Shown here: positions 34,653-45,807 of the stretch, piece after piece
Layout: every line of letters begins with the position of its first letter
Numbering within the stretch: position 1 is the stretch's first letter
NCBI GenBank assembly: GCA_028278305.1
Contig: JANQEP010000140.1
Location: 1 to 45,878 of the forward strand
DNA from: Candidatus Gastranaerophilales bacterium
GTDB taxonomy: Bacteria > Cyanobacteriota > Vampirovibrionia > Gastranaerophilales > UBA9971
Length of the DNA: 45,878 nt
Reading direction: 5' to 3'
The notes under the pieces: generated by a model
Told to the model about the DNA's origin: nothing
Database searches by the model: none
Seen by the model: the letters and a program-made list of their open reading frames with translations, nothing else
Position numbers and translations under genes: made by a program

Positions 34653-35948
34653 ATGTTAAACCTAAATAATGTTACTTCTACAATTCAGAGTAATACAATA
34701 CTTAACCGTGGACTTCTTGACGTCGGCGGAGTTGCTGTGCCCAACTCAATAATGTCAAATAACTCGGTTGAAAGCAGTGAAAGAGCCGTCAACTCCGGAA
34801 TGTACTTTATCCTGGCGTTTTTAACCCCGTTTGTAACTCTTCCGCTTACAAACAGGTTTGCTTTGAGTAAACTATTTAAGGTCACAAAAAACTTCAGCTC
34901 AGAAGAAAATCACTTAATCCGCCTTTCAAATAAATATCTTACAGGCACGGCAGAAGATATGAAAAAAGGCATTAGTGAACTGTCAGACTATCTGCTAAAA
35001 CATAAGAAAATAGATGTTAACGGGTTTAAAAGCGTTCTTGATAAATTCAAAGGCAGAGAGGAAGAGCTGAGACAGAAACTGGTTAATGCAAAAAGTTCAG
35101 TATGGGGAAGTGATTTCTGGTTTACGGGGGTATCAACAGGCAGTATAGTCTGGGTTACCCAGGAGGTGACAAAACAATTAACAGGAAGAACCGGATTTTC
35201 CGCCAAGTACGAAATGGCTGATGAAAGTCATACCAAAAAAATGGCTGAGCAGCATGAGAAGAATAAATGGAAAAAATATCTGTGCTTTCTGGGATTCGCT
35301 ACAGCATCAGCGATTGTGCTACCCAAAATAATGGCAAAATCAATGCTGGCGAAAAATGCCACGGGAATTTTCAGGATAATTAAAGAAAATGCTCAAAAAC
35401 TGGATTATAAAGACGGAAAATTTATGAGCATGCCGACTTATTTCTCGATTTTCCTGCTGACCGCTTTTCCGGGTGTACTTCTGGCATCAAGGGATTCAAC
35501 CGAGAAAAAAGACTGGCTGCTAAGACTTACCCTCTTAGGTGGTCTTTTCTTCGGGGGAGACGCCCTCATGAACGGCGCAGGCGCAAGGATATCCGATAAA
35601 CTCCTGGGCACCCAACTTATTGATAGGGAAAAATTAAAAAGCGGATCCTGGTTTAGCACGATTTTCCCGCCGGTGAGAAAGATTAACGATTTAGATAAAG
35701 TAAAAGGCTTAAGCCAGGATATTATAAACCGGACTAAAAAATCAGGCGCAGCGCTGTACTGGGGAACTTTGTTTATCAATATGCTGTTGCTGGGTTTTGG
35801 CATGCCGTATTTTTTAAACAAAATAATCAAAAAAGACGTGGAGAAAGATCTGAAAAAAATGCAAAGTTCCCAGGCAGAAAAGAATATACATCAGGGAGTT
35901 TTTAAAAATTTTTATGATAGACTCGAAACCTTCAGTCAATCAAAATAA
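34653..35948 (+). CDS. Hypothetical multi-pass membrane protein
   Basis: 431-aa ORF with several hydrophobic segments (FILAFLTPFVTLPL, CFLGFATASAIVLP, YFSIFLLTAFPGVLLA, LTLLGGLFFGG, LFINMLLLGFGMPYF). I recognised no family. Confidence 0.55.
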   Translation: MLNLNNVTSTIQSNTILNRGLLDVGGVAVPNSIMSNNSVESSERAVNSGMYFILAFLTPFVTLPLTNRFALSKLFKVTKNFSSEENHLIRLSNKYLTGTAEDMKKGISELSDYLLKHKKIDVNGFKSVLDKFKGREEELRQKLVNAKSSVWGSDFWFTGVSTGSIVWVTQEVTKQLTGRTGFSAKYEMADESHTKKMAEQHEKNKWKKYLCFLGFATASAIVLPKIMAKSMLAKNATGIFRIIKENAQKLDYKDGKFMSMPTYFSIFLLTAFPGVLLASRDSTEKKDWLLRLTLLGGLFFGGDALMNGAGARISDKLLGTQLIDREKLKSGSWFSTIFPPVRKINDLDKVKGLSQDIINRTKKSGAALYWGTLFINMLLLGFGMPYFLNKIIKKDVEKDLKKMQSSQAEKNIHQGVFKNFYDRLETFSQSK

Positions 35949-35971
35949 GTTAAAATTTTTAAAAATTAATC

Positions 35972-36005
35972 AACTCGAATCACGAATTGTATTTTTTGAA
36001 ATTTT
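35972..36005 (+). repeat. Intergenic repeat family 2, copy B
   Basis: AACTCGAATCACGAATTGTATTTTTTGAAATTTT lies between the convergent 34653 gene and rpoC2. Confidence 0.85.
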
Positions 36006-36029
36006 CTCAAAATCCCTCTGTTTTATTTT

Positions 36030-39000
36030 TTATTCTTCTTCCTCTGTAAGCTCACTGTCATCAGAGTAGATTTCTTCCATTTCCTCTTCTGTATCTTCTC
36101 CTTCTTCATAAATTTCAGAAGAGGCTTCTTCTGCTGAAAATTCAGGTGAGCCGAACATTCCTTCAATTTCCTCGAGAATAGCTGAAGGCTTTCTTGCCCC
36201 GGCTTTACTGAATCTTCTTTTTCTTTCCTCTTCTTCCTGGTCTTCGGAAGTATGAGTAAGATGATAATGCCCTGTACCTGCAGGGATCAATCTTCCAATT
36301 ATGACGTTTTCCTTAAGTCCTCTTAAAACGTCTTTTTTACCTTCAACAGCAGCTTCTGTCAGTACTCTTGTCGTTTCCTGGAAACTTGCCGCTGAAATAA
36401 AGCTTTCCGTATTTAAGCTGGCTTTTGTTATACCCAGAAGAACAGGTGTATACTCAGCCGGAGCAGATTCTTCCATTTCCGATATTTTTACATTTTCTTG
36501 CTCAACCAGTTTTGCTTCAGTTAATTCACCGGGTAGAAGCTTTGTATTTCCGGATTCATCAATTTTAACTTTTTTAGTCATCTGCCTTACAATAACTTCA
36601 ACGTGCTTATCAGCGATTTCAACACCCTGGGACCTGTATACTCTTTGGACTTCATCTACCAGGTACTTTTGAACGGCATTAGCTCCGCTAAGTCTTATAA
36701 CATCATGCGGGTTAAGCGGTCCGCTGGTAAGAGGTTGACCTTTAGTAATTTTTTGTTTATCAGATACGATTATATTGGAATCAACCGGAAATTTAATTTC
36801 CTGGCGTCCTGACTCAGTTACAAGATATAATCTTGGGACATCTTCTTCGTATTCAATTTCAATTTCTCCGTTTTCTTCTGCCAGAATTGCGCTCTCTTTA
36901 GGCTTTCTGGCTTCAAGAAGTTCTTCTACTCTCGGAAGACCCTGGACAATGTCACCGGTTTTCTGACGTTCAAAAACAAGCGTTGCAAGTAAATCACCAC
37001 GCTGTACCAATCCCTCATTTTCAACCTGAAGCTGCGTTCCAACGCTGATGAGATATGGTCTTGCTATATGTACCGTAATTGTATTTCCCTTTATCTCTAC
37101 TACTTTACCGGAGATTGTGGCTTTTTCACCGCTCTCAGAGACAATCTGGTCTATACTTATCAGGTCATTTTTCTTTATTATCGGTGAGGTTTTAAGGTCG
37201 AGTATTTCATATGAATCCGGAGTTATAAGGAAAATCCTCCTTACTTCTTTGCTATCAGGTTCTTCTTTCAGGCTGACTTTCGCTTTATTTTTTACCAGGA
37301 CCTGGGTTTTGGAAATCGGGGTTTTTGGTTCTATAAATTGACCTGACTCAACCAGAAGTTCTGTTTGAAGAGAAGTTTTTTCCCTTGAAGCCGCTTCTGT
37401 TTCTCTTCTTACAATGAGGTTTTCAAGAACAACCAGCTTAAGATTCTGTTCTTCAGCAGGCGCTTCAGCAGGATATAGCTCTACTAATCCTTTAAGATGG
37501 CTCAGGTAACCTTCCATCTGGATTACAAGGCTTGTTCTTGTCAGGTTAGCCCCTTCCAACTGGCGTATTCTTGCGCCGTCTCTGTATTGCAGTTGTGTAA
37601 CAGAAACCAGGTTAATAAGATCTGTTTCTGTTGATTCAAATTCAATACTTACCTCTTTTGGTCCGATTTCATATTCCTGAATCGGCCTGATAAGAACTTC
37701 CACAGGTTTTGCTTCGGTTGTTTCCTCTAATTCTCCGGAGTCTTCATCTTCAATATCCATTGCTTTAGAGTATTCATGTTCATAGTTTATAAAGTTTATT
37801 ATGCTCTTTTCTTTTGCTTTAACACCTTTGGTAATTTCTGTTCCTTTTTCAACTATTTCCCCGTCTTCAACGTTAAGGGTATTTACATCTTCTACTTTTA
37901 CAAGTTCTCCGGGTCTTACAATGACTTCCTGAATTATGTTGTTGTTTTCCTTGATTTCAACAATGCCGTCAATATGAGTTCTTATGTCCTTGACGACTTC
38001 TGTGCCGGAAACAACATAAGTTCCTGATTCTGTCATTTTTAATGAAGAATCCTTACTTACTTGATGAATTTCTTCAGGAATAAATATAATTTTACCCGGT
38101 TTGGTTATTATCTGATTTTCATCAACTTCAATACCTTCATAGCGAATTTCGCCGCTGGAGGTTACTTTATTTTCTTCCTCGATAAGCTCGGCAATGACCA
38201 TGCCATTCTCGACAACTGTACCTACCGGAGATTTTACTATATAGATTTCATCTGATCCCTTAACCTGCCATAATTGCTCTTTTTTAGTTGCTTCAAGAAT
38301 AGCATTTTTAGGGGTTAATGAAGCTATAACAACCGTAATTTCTTTACCGCCTATAATTTTCTTTATTTTTTTACCTTTAAGTTCAGTCTCTTCAAGTTCA
38401 AGATCATCAGGAATCCTGACTTCTCCTCCATGATCACTTAATGTGGTTGTTTCAGCGATGATTTCCCCGGATTTTACTTCCTGTTCATTTTTTACAAGAA
38501 TAGTTGAATTTCCAGGCAAGCCGTAAACATCACCGGCAAGTACCCATATTTTTCCGCCCTTATTGGCTGTTTTGCTAATGTTGCCCTGTCTATCACGTTT
38601 TTCATCAACGTTAAAACCTTCAAACAGAATTTTCCCGCCAACATCGGATGTTATGTCCTTTGTTGCTCTCTCTGTCAGCCTTCCTGAGCTGTCGAGTGTG
38701 CTGGGTTCATATTCTGCAATTATATTGCCTTTTTGAATTTTATCACCTTTTTGAGCAAATACTGTAGCTCCATGAGGTATTATATATGAGGTTTTCTTAC
38801 TCTTACTGTCCTGTATTTCCAGCTTTCCTTGTTTAGATGTGACGTTTACTATATCTCCATGTCTGGTTCTAAGCTCACGGGTTGTTAACCCTGTAAGTAC
38901 TTCTCCATCTGTTTTTGAAACTATCTGACGAATACTTCCCGCGCCTTTGAATACACCACCGGTGTGGAAAGTTCTCATTGTAAGCTGTGTTCCAGGCTCT

Positions 39001-39995
39001 CCAATACTCTGTGCTGCTATAATTCCTATAGCTTCACCTATATCAACAGGTCTGTTATTTGTAAGCGCCCATCCATAGCAATGCTGGCATATTCCATGTT
39101 CAGTTTCACATGTTAGCGGTGAGCGAATTTTTATTTTCTTAATAGAAAGATCTCTTACGATGTTTATCTGCTCTTCAGATAAAATTGTATTTTTGTTTAT
39201 TACAACATTTTTGTTTTCATCTTTTACATCTTCTATTATGGCTCTTCCCAAAAGTCTTTCAGTTAATGAGACAATTTCTTTTTCCGCGTCGGTAATTGTT
39301 TCAATTTCAATGCCTTCAGAAGTACCGCAGTCTTTTTCACGAATAATAACATCCTGAGCCACGTCTACCAGTCTTCTGGTTAAATATCCCGAATCAGCTG
39401 TCTTAAGAGCTGTATCAACAAGTCCTTTTCTTGCGCCGTAGCTGGAAATAATATACTCTGTTACACTAAGACCCTCGGTAAAATTAGCTTTAATAGGAAG
39501 GTCAATGATTTGTCCCTGTGCGTCAGCCATCAGCCCACGCATTCCCACCAGCTGACTAACCTGGCTTATATTACCCCTTGCACCCGAGAATGCCATCATA
39601 TATACCGGGTTTGTCTTTTTGAAATTTTCTACTACGCTTTGGGTAAGTTTTTCTGTGGTTTCACTCCAGGTGTCAATTACTTTTGTGTATCTTTCTACCT
39701 CAGTGATCTCACCTTTAAGGTAGCGCTGTGTAGACTTATCAATTTCGTTTTCCGCGTTTTTAATAAGTTCTTTTTTTGCGGGAGGTATGTCTAAATCATC
39801 AATGGATATAGTAGTTCCCGCGTTGGTGGCGTATTTAAATCCCAGATTTTTAAGACAATCAGCAAGATATGCTGTTTTTGAGGTTCCATACTCCAGATAA
39901 ATCTTGGAAAGTAGTTTATTTAAAACTTTTTTATCAACTACACTATTTATAAATTCAAATGATTTTTTCGGGGTTTTTGGCATTAGGGTGCTCAT
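36030..39995 (-). CDS. rpoC2: DNA-directed RNA polymerase subunit beta' C-terminal part (split rpoC2)
   Basis: Beta' C-terminal half motifs are present (GARGNISQVSQLVGMRGLMA, bridge helix LSVTEYIISSYGARKGLVDTALKTADSGYLTRRLVDVAQD, trigger-loop GEPGTQLTMRTFHTGG). A large insertion follows the trigger loop, as in cyanobacteria. Confidence 0.97.
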   Translation of the reverse strand: MSTLMPKTPKKSFEFINSVVDKKVLNKLLSKIYLEYGTSKTAYLADCLKNLGFKYATNAGTTISIDDLDIPPAKKELIKNAENEIDKSTQRYLKGEITEVERYTKVIDTWSETTEKLTQSVVENFKKTNPVYMMAFSGARGNISQVSQLVGMRGLMADAQGQIIDLPIKANFTEGLSVTEYIISSYGARKGLVDTALKTADSGYLTRRLVDVAQDVIIREKDCGTSEGIEIETITDAEKEIVSLTERLLGRAIIEDVKDENKNVVINKNTILSEEQINIVRDLSIKKIKIRSPLTCETEHGICQHCYGWALTNNRPVDIGEAIGIIAAQSIGEPGTQLTMRTFHTGGVFKGAGSIRQIVSKTDGEVLTGLTTRELRTRHGDIVNVTSKQGKLEIQDSKSKKTSYIIPHGATVFAQKGDKIQKGNIIAEYEPSTLDSSGRLTERATKDITSDVGGKILFEGFNVDEKRDRQGNISKTANKGGKIWVLAGDVYGLPGNSTILVKNEQEVKSGEIIAETTTLSDHGGEVRIPDDLELEETELKGKKIKKIIGGKEITVVIASLTPKNAILEATKKEQLWQVKGSDEIYIVKSPVGTVVENGMVIAELIEEENKVTSSGEIRYEGIEVDENQIITKPGKIIFIPEEIHQVSKDSSLKMTESGTYVVSGTEVVKDIRTHIDGIVEIKENNNIIQEVIVRPGELVKVEDVNTLNVEDGEIVEKGTEITKGVKAKEKSIINFINYEHEYSKAMDIEDEDSGELEETTEAKPVEVLIRPIQEYEIGPKEVSIEFESTETDLINLVSVTQLQYRDGARIRQLEGANLTRTSLVIQMEGYLSHLKGLVELYPAEAPAEEQNLKLVVLENLIVRRETEAASREKTSLQTELLVESGQFIEPKTPISKTQVLVKNKAKVSLKEEPDSKEVRRIFLITPDSYEILDLKTSPIIKKNDLISIDQIVSESGEKATISGKVVEIKGNTITVHIARPYLISVGTQLQVENEGLVQRGDLLATLVFERQKTGDIVQGLPRVEELLEARKPKESAILAEENGEIEIEYEEDVPRLYLVTESGRQEIKFPVDSNIIVSDKQKITKGQPLTSGPLNPHDVIRLSGANAVQKYLVDEVQRVYRSQGVEIADKHVEVIVRQMTKKVKIDESGNTKLLPGELTEAKLVEQENVKISEMEESAPAEYTPVLLGITKASLNTESFISAASFQETTRVLTEAAVEGKKDVLRGLKENVIIGRLIPAGTGHYHLTHTSEDQEEEERKRRFSKAGARKPSAILEEIEGMFGSPEFSAEEASSEIYEEGEDTEEEMEEIYSDDSELTEEEE

Positions 39996-40056
39996 AACTC
40001 TATATTTACCTCTTTATTATTTATATTTCCGTCTTTAAAAATTTTACCAGTTAACT

Positions 40057-41769
40057 TTAAGAAACAACAGCTTCTCTTACAGCCATGTTAAATATGATCC
40101 TGCCCGGGGTTGTGACTATTTTTTCACCTTTTTCATCCCTGACTTTAACCTTGGAGTGCATATTAATAATTCCCGCTTCCAGGGCTGTGATTACGTCATT
40201 AAAGTCAAGAAAACATCTTTCCGGTTCTGATTCATCCTGGGTATCCAGGGTTAAATAATAAATACCGAGAACCATGTCCTGTGTAGGTGTTATACAGGGC
40301 TTACCCGTGGCGGGAAGCAGTATGTTATTTGGTGAGAGCATAAGCATTCTTGCTTCTGTCTGAGCCTCTATCGAGAGAGGAACGTGTACAGCCATCTGGT
40401 CGCCGTCAAAGTCTGCGTTAAATGCTGAGCAGACTAACGGGTGCAGTTGAATAGCACGACCTTCTACAAGAACCGGCTCAAATGCCTGGATTCCAAGCCT
40501 GTGAAGAGTCGGGGCTCGGTTCAGCATTACGGGATGTCCGTCAATGACTTCTTCCAGGGCATCCCAGACCACGTTTTCCGAGCGTTCAATTTTCTTTTTG
40601 GCTGATTTTATATTCTGAACAATCCCGCGCTCAATTAATTTATTAACTACGAACGGCTTGAAAAGCTCTACAGCCATTTCTTTAGGAAGCCCGCACTGAT
40701 TTAATTTAAGCTGCGGTCCCACAACAATAACGCTTCTTCCCGAGTAGTCAACCCTTTTTCCGAGAAGATTCTGTCTGAAGCGTCCCTGCTTTCCTTCAAT
40801 AATATTACTTAAAGATTTAAGAGGTCTGTTATTCGGACCGATTACGGTTCTTCCGCGTCTTCCGTTATCAATAAGGGCATCCACAGCTTCCTGGAGCATT
40901 CTTTTTTCGTTTCTTACGATAATTTCAGGCGCCCCCATTTCTATCAGCCTTTGAAGACGGTTATTTCTGTTGATAACTCTTCTGTATAAATCATTAAGAT
41001 CACTGGTGGCAAATCTTCCGCCATCGAGCTGTACCATTGGGCGAAGATCAGGCGGAGTTACCGGCAGCGCATCCATTATCATCCAGGTGGGATCTGTATT
41101 ACTGGAAACCAGCGACTCTACAAGCCTCAATCTTTTAATTACCTTAGCTTTCTTCTGTATTGAGCCGCCAACAGATTCCAGTTCATTTCTCAGCGATTCT
41201 ATCATCTCATTAAGGTCAATTTCCGAAAGAAGCTGTTTAATTGCTTCCGCGCCGATTCCTACCTCAAGTGTTGACTCTTCATTTTCGAGCATATAGTCTT
41301 CATATTCTTCTTCAGGCAGCAATTGCGTCTTTTTATAATCAGTATCACCGGGGTTCAGCACTATATAGCTATTAAAATAAATTACCTGTTCCAGGTCTCT
41401 TAAGGACATATCAAGGATCAGTCCTAAATAGCTCGGGATTCCTTTTAAAAACCATATATGAGAAACCGGCGCCGCAAGATTAATATGTCCCATTCTGTGA
41501 CGTCTTACCTTGCTGTCAGTAACTTCTACACCGCAACGTTCACAGATTATACCTTTATGCCTTACTCTTTTATACTTACCGCAATAACATTCCCAGTCTT
41601 TTGAGGGACCAAAAGTTCTTTCACAGAATAAACCGTCACGTTCCGGTTTTAATGTCCGGTAATTAATAGTTTCAGGTTTGTTCACTTCTCCGAATGACCA
41701 TTTTAAGATCCTTTCAGGAGAGGCGATCCCTATTCTTATATAATCAAAATAATCTATACTGGTAGACAA
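40057..41769 (-). CDS. rpoC1: DNA-directed RNA polymerase subunit gamma (beta' N-terminal part, split rpoC1)
   Basis: Zn-finger [23 protein letters not shown] and the catalytic NADFDGDQM motif are present. It has a TTG start with AAGGGAG 7 nt upstream and ends where cyanobacterial gamma ends. Confidence 0.97.
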   Translation of the reverse strand: MSTSIDYFDYIRIGIASPERILKWSFGEVNKPETINYRTLKPERDGLFCERTFGPSKDWECYCGKYKRVRHKGIICERCGVEVTDSKVRRHRMGHINLAAPVSHIWFLKGIPSYLGLILDMSLRDLEQVIYFNSYIVLNPGDTDYKKTQLLPEEEYEDYMLENEESTLEVGIGAEAIKQLLSEIDLNEMIESLRNELESVGGSIQKKAKVIKRLRLVESLVSSNTDPTWMIMDALPVTPPDLRPMVQLDGGRFATSDLNDLYRRVINRNNRLQRLIEMGAPEIIVRNEKRMLQEAVDALIDNGRRGRTVIGPNNRPLKSLSNIIEGKQGRFRQNLLGKRVDYSGRSVIVVGPQLKLNQCGLPKEMAVELFKPFVVNKLIERGIVQNIKSAKKKIERSENVVWDALEEVIDGHPVMLNRAPTLHRLGIQAFEPVLVEGRAIQLHPLVCSAFNADFDGDQMAVHVPLSIEAQTEARMLMLSPNNILLPATGKPCITPTQDMVLGIYYLTLDTQDESEPERCFLDFNDVITALEAGIINMHSKVKVRDEKGEKIVTTPGRIIFNMAVREAVVS

Positions 41770-41902
41770 TTTTATTCTCCCTTATTCTAAATTCTTAACA
41801 TCTGCGATACTTGATTATCCTTATATTGGTCTTTTGTTCTGCTGAATCTATTTCAGCATATTAAAGGAATGATATCCCGAAACAAGTTCGGATGATACTT
41901 TT

Positions 41903-44900
41903 TTATTCTTTTACGCTTCCCGGGGTCTGAAAGAAGTTTATATTGAGTAATTCTGAATCCACATCACTAAGTGTTCTTTTTGGAACAGCTTTTTTAATCT
42001 CATCAGTATCACTCATAAGGTCAACTTCTCTACCTCCACGTTTTGCGACTGTTATATCCAGACCGATACTCTGTAGTTCACGTACAAGTACCTTAAATGA
42101 CTCTGGAATTCCTGGTCTTTGTAGATTTTCACCTTTTACTATGGACTCATAAGCCTTACTTCTGCCGTTTACATCGTCAGACTTAACTGTAAGCATTTCC
42201 TGCAGTGTATATGCAGCTCCATATGCTTCCAGCGCCCAGACTTCCATTTCTCCAAAACGCTGTCCGCCAAACTGTGCCTTACCTCCAAGCGGCTGCTGCG
42301 TAACAAGACTATAAGGTCCGGTACTTCTTGCATGAATTTTATCATCAACAAGGTGTACAAGCTTCATCATGTAAGAAAGACCTACAGAAACCGGATTGTC
42401 AAAAGGCTCGCCGGTTCTGCCGTCATAAAGTGTAACCTTTCCGGTTTGAAATACCCAGTTATAGCCAGTTTTCTCTATACCTTTATTAAGTTCATCGGTT
42501 GTAGTTTTCTTAGAAGCTATATCCCCGCATTTTTCATCAAACGGCGGAATCTCATAGTAACTTTCCGTGAGGTACGCAGCCAGTCCCAGCAGGTTTTCAT
42601 AAGTCTGTCCCACATTCATACGGCTTGGTACTCCCAGCGGATTAAGCACAATATCAACCGGTGTGCCGTCCGGTAAGAAAGGCATGTCTTCTTTTGGAAG
42701 AACTTTGGAGATAATGCCCTTGTTACCGTGTCTTCCTGCTATTTTATCCCCAACGCTGATTTTACGTTTTTGAGCTATATAAACCCTGATCACTGTATTT
42801 GCTCCGGGAGGAAGCTCGTCTCCTTTCTCCCTGTCAAATACTTTAACATCAATTACACGTCCGCCTTCACTATGAGGAACACGTAAACTGTTATCTTTTA
42901 CATCCCTTGCTTTTTCAGCGAAAATTGCACGTAACAACTTTTCTTCCGGGGGATGTTCGGATTCTCCTTTAGGTGTAATTTTCCCTACGAGAATATCATC
43001 AGCATATACTCTTGCCCCGATTCTTACTATTCCTCTTTCGTCAAGATGTCTTAAGCTGTCTTCGCTTACATTGGGAATCTCTCTTGTTATTTCTTCGGGT
43101 CCCAGCTTTGTTGTACGAGCGTCTATTTCAAGTTTTTCAACGTGAATACTTGTAAACACATCGTCATGAACCAGTCTGTCACTTATTAAAATTGCGTCCT
43201 CGTAGTTATAACCTTCCCAGGGCATAAATGCGATCAGAACATTTTTTCCTAATGCCAGCTCACCTTTATTTGTAGATGCCCCGTCTGCTATCGGATTGCC
43301 TTTTTTAATTTTATCACCTGTTTCTACCATGGGTTTCTGGTTTAAACAGGTATCCTGGTTGCTTCTTACAAATTTCATTAAAGGATATTTATGAATTTTT
43401 CCTGAATCATCTTTAATTCTTATTTCGTCACCACAGACGAATTCAACTTCTCCGTCCTGCTGGGAAACAATTACCATACCGGAATCACTGGCTGCTCTCC
43501 TTTCAAGACCTGTTCCTACAACTGGTCTTTCTGTTTTCATCAAAGGAACAGCCTGACGTTGCATGTTTGAACCCATCAGTGCCCTGTTTGCATCGTCATG
43601 CTCAAGGAATGGAATTAATGATGTTCCTATAGAAACTATCTGGATAGGGGATACACCAACATAGTCAACTTTATTAGACTCACCCAGTGTAAATTCGCTT
43701 CTGTACCTGATCGGAACCATTCCGCTTGCAATTTTTCCTTCTTCGGTTAACGGCACATCTCCCGGGGCTACACGGAAGTCGTCTTCTTCATCTGCGCTCA
43801 GATAATGGATTTCATCTGTCACTTTACCGTCTTTTACTGCATAGTATGGTGTTTCGATGAATCCGTACTCATTTACCCTTGCAAATGTACTTAAACTTCC
43901 TATAAGACCGGCATTAGGTCCTTCAGGTGTTTCTACCGGGCATATTCTTCCATAATGGCTAGGATGAATATCCCTTACCGCAAAGCCTGCCCTTTCTCTT
44001 GCAAGCCCACCAGGTCCGAGAGCTGATAATCTTCTTTTATGAGTCAATTCTGCAAGCGGGTTTGTCTGGTCCATAAACTGTGAAAGCTGTGATGAACCGA
44101 AAAATTCCCTGATTGCAGCTATTAAAGGTTTAGTATTAAGAAGGTTTACAGGTGTAAGAGTATCTGAATCCTGAAGAGTCATTCTCTCTCTTACAATTCT
44201 TTCCAGTCTTGTAAGACCAATTCTGAACTGGTTTTGTAAAAGTTCGCCTATTGATCTTATACGTCTGTTTCCGAGGTGGTCAATATCATCTATGACTCCT
44301 TCATCAAATGTAAGGTTGATAAGATATTCAACAGCAGCTACTATATCCTGGACAGTAAGCGTTCTTCTTGTTTCAGGGAGGTTAAGTCCCAGCTTTTTAT
44401 TTAGTTTATAGCGTCCTACCCTGCCAAGGTCATATCTTTTTTCATCGAAAAACCTGCTGTCTATAATGGATTTTCCACCGCTTGCACTGGCAGGATCTCC
44501 GGGTCTTAACTTTTTATAGACCTCTACTAATGCTTCATCCCCGGTTTCTGTAGTATCTTTATCAATTGTTTTCTTTAAAAACTCATTATGCCTGAACATG
44601 GATTCCATCTCGCTAATTCCTATGCCCAGAGCTTTTAAGAATGTTGTTGCCAGAATTTTTCTGTTTTTATCAATCTTTACGTATACTAAATCATTGACAT
44701 CAGTCTCTATTTTTAACCATGCACCTCTGTTTGGGATTAATGTGGCATTATAAACACGTTTTCCTGTTGGTGCAATATCTCTTTTAAAGTAAATTCCAGG
44801 AGATCTGACAATCTGACTGACTATAACCCTTTCAGCTCCATTAACTATAAAAGTTCCTCTCTCGGTCATCATTGGAATATCTCCAATATAGACCTCTTGT

Positions 44901-45214
44901 TCTTTTATTTCACCTGTGTCACGGTTAACTAACCGCATCCAGATATAAAGCTTCTTTGTGTAGCTTGCATCATGCAATCTGGCTTCTTCTATGGTATATT
45001 TAGGGTCGTCAAACCTATAGTTTGGTAAAAAGTGAAGTTCTAATCTGCCTGTGTAATCTTTTATCGGAGAAAAAGAAAGTAATTCTTCCTTTAAACCCTC
45101 TTTTAAGAACCATTCGAATGATTTTTTCTGGATTTCCGTTAAGTCGGGCATCTGATCAAGATTTGATGCTGTTAGATTTCCTGGGATAACACGCTCGTTA
45201 TGTTTTTTAGCCAT
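41903..45214 (-). CDS. rpoB: DNA-directed RNA polymerase subunit beta
   Basis: 1103 aa with canonical beta motifs ([50 protein letters not shown]). A GAGGT SD lies upstream. Confidence 0.98.
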   Translation of the reverse strand: MAKKHNERVIPGNLTASNLDQMPDLTEIQKKSFEWFLKEGLKEELLSFSPIKDYTGRLELHFLPNYRFDDPKYTIEEARLHDASYTKKLYIWMRLVNRDTGEIKEQEVYIGDIPMMTERGTFIVNGAERVIVSQIVRSPGIYFKRDIAPTGKRVYNATLIPNRGAWLKIETDVNDLVYVKIDKNRKILATTFLKALGIGISEMESMFRHNEFLKKTIDKDTTETGDEALVEVYKKLRPGDPASASGGKSIIDSRFFDEKRYDLGRVGRYKLNKKLGLNLPETRRTLTVQDIVAAVEYLINLTFDEGVIDDIDHLGNRRIRSIGELLQNQFRIGLTRLERIVRERMTLQDSDTLTPVNLLNTKPLIAAIREFFGSSQLSQFMDQTNPLAELTHKRRLSALGPGGLARERAGFAVRDIHPSHYGRICPVETPEGPNAGLIGSLSTFARVNEYGFIETPYYAVKDGKVTDEIHYLSADEEDDFRVAPGDVPLTEEGKIASGMVPIRYRSEFTLGESNKVDYVGVSPIQIVSIGTSLIPFLEHDDANRALMGSNMQRQAVPLMKTERPVVGTGLERRAASDSGMVIVSQQDGEVEFVCGDEIRIKDDSGKIHKYPLMKFVRSNQDTCLNQKPMVETGDKIKKGNPIADGASTNKGELALGKNVLIAFMPWEGYNYEDAILISDRLVHDDVFTSIHVEKLEIDARTTKLGPEEITREIPNVSEDSLRHLDERGIVRIGARVYADDILVGKITPKGESEHPPEEKLLRAIFAEKARDVKDNSLRVPHSEGGRVIDVKVFDREKGDELPPGANTVIRVYIAQKRKISVGDKIAGRHGNKGIISKVLPKEDMPFLPDGTPVDIVLNPLGVPSRMNVGQTYENLLGLAAYLTESYYEIPPFDEKCGDIASKKTTTDELNKGIEKTGYNWVFQTGKVTLYDGRTGEPFDNPVSVGLSYMMKLVHLVDDKIHARSTGPYSLVTQQPLGGKAQFGGQRFGEMEVWALEAYGAAYTLQEMLTVKSDDVNGRSKAYESIVKGENLQRPGIPESFKVLVRELQSIGLDITVAKRGGREVDLMSDTDEIKKAVPKRTLSDVDSELLNINFFQTPGSVKE

Positions 45215-45647
45215 TACTTACCTCGCCTGATATGGTGCTTTCGAAATTTATAATAAAAATATAGTTGTAATTTTATTTACAAATGTAATATTTATAAGCA
45301 ATTAAGCATTCTTTCAAGTAGATTTTATAACAAAAACAGTTCTTTATTTAAACATGTGCTTTTTATCAGTATCATCGTATAGCAAAAAATATTATAGTCA
45401 AGAACTTGAGTGACTTATCTTTCAAGTGCTCAATTAAAATTTTTTACAAAACTTAACATTTTTTAAACGATAAAATTTTTCATACCTTATTATTAGATCT
45501 TCTCAATTAATATTGTAACAAAAAATTAAAAATACAAAGATAATTCGGAACAGTTAAAAAATTCGGAGTATTGTCCATAATTTTTTTAAATAACCCGGGT
45601 TATATAGGGTCCTCTGTGGCATTACTTTTCTTGCTTTCTTACGCAAT

Positions 45648-45680
45648 GCGGACAGTGATGACTGCTTCGCGCTTCTTTTT
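45648..45680 (+). terminator. Plus-strand terminator-like hairpin with T-tract inside the rpoB upstream region
   Basis: GCGGACAGT-gatg-ACTG(c)TTCGC forms 9 bp with one bulge and one G-U pair, followed by GCTTCTTTTT. No annotated plus-strand gene lies upstream of it. Confidence 0.4.
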
Positions 45681-45807
45681 ATGTTCAAAGATAATAAAAA
45701 AGTAAAAATTAAGCGTTTAATGCTGCTAAAACATAACCCTGAAACTTATTATCACTTAAAAGCCGGTTATCACCAAGGGACCTAACACAGAAAATAACCC
45801 GGCATTA

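Noticed and set aside
41770-41902. Small hairpins in the rpoB-rpoC1 spacer (GCTGAA-tctat-TTCAGC at 41851-41867 and an imperfect one at 41872-41895), considered as a possible attenuator.
   Set aside because: The stems are short (6 bp), AT-containing and lack U-tracts in the transcribed (minus) orientation. Structures of this size are expected by chance in a 133-nt spacer.
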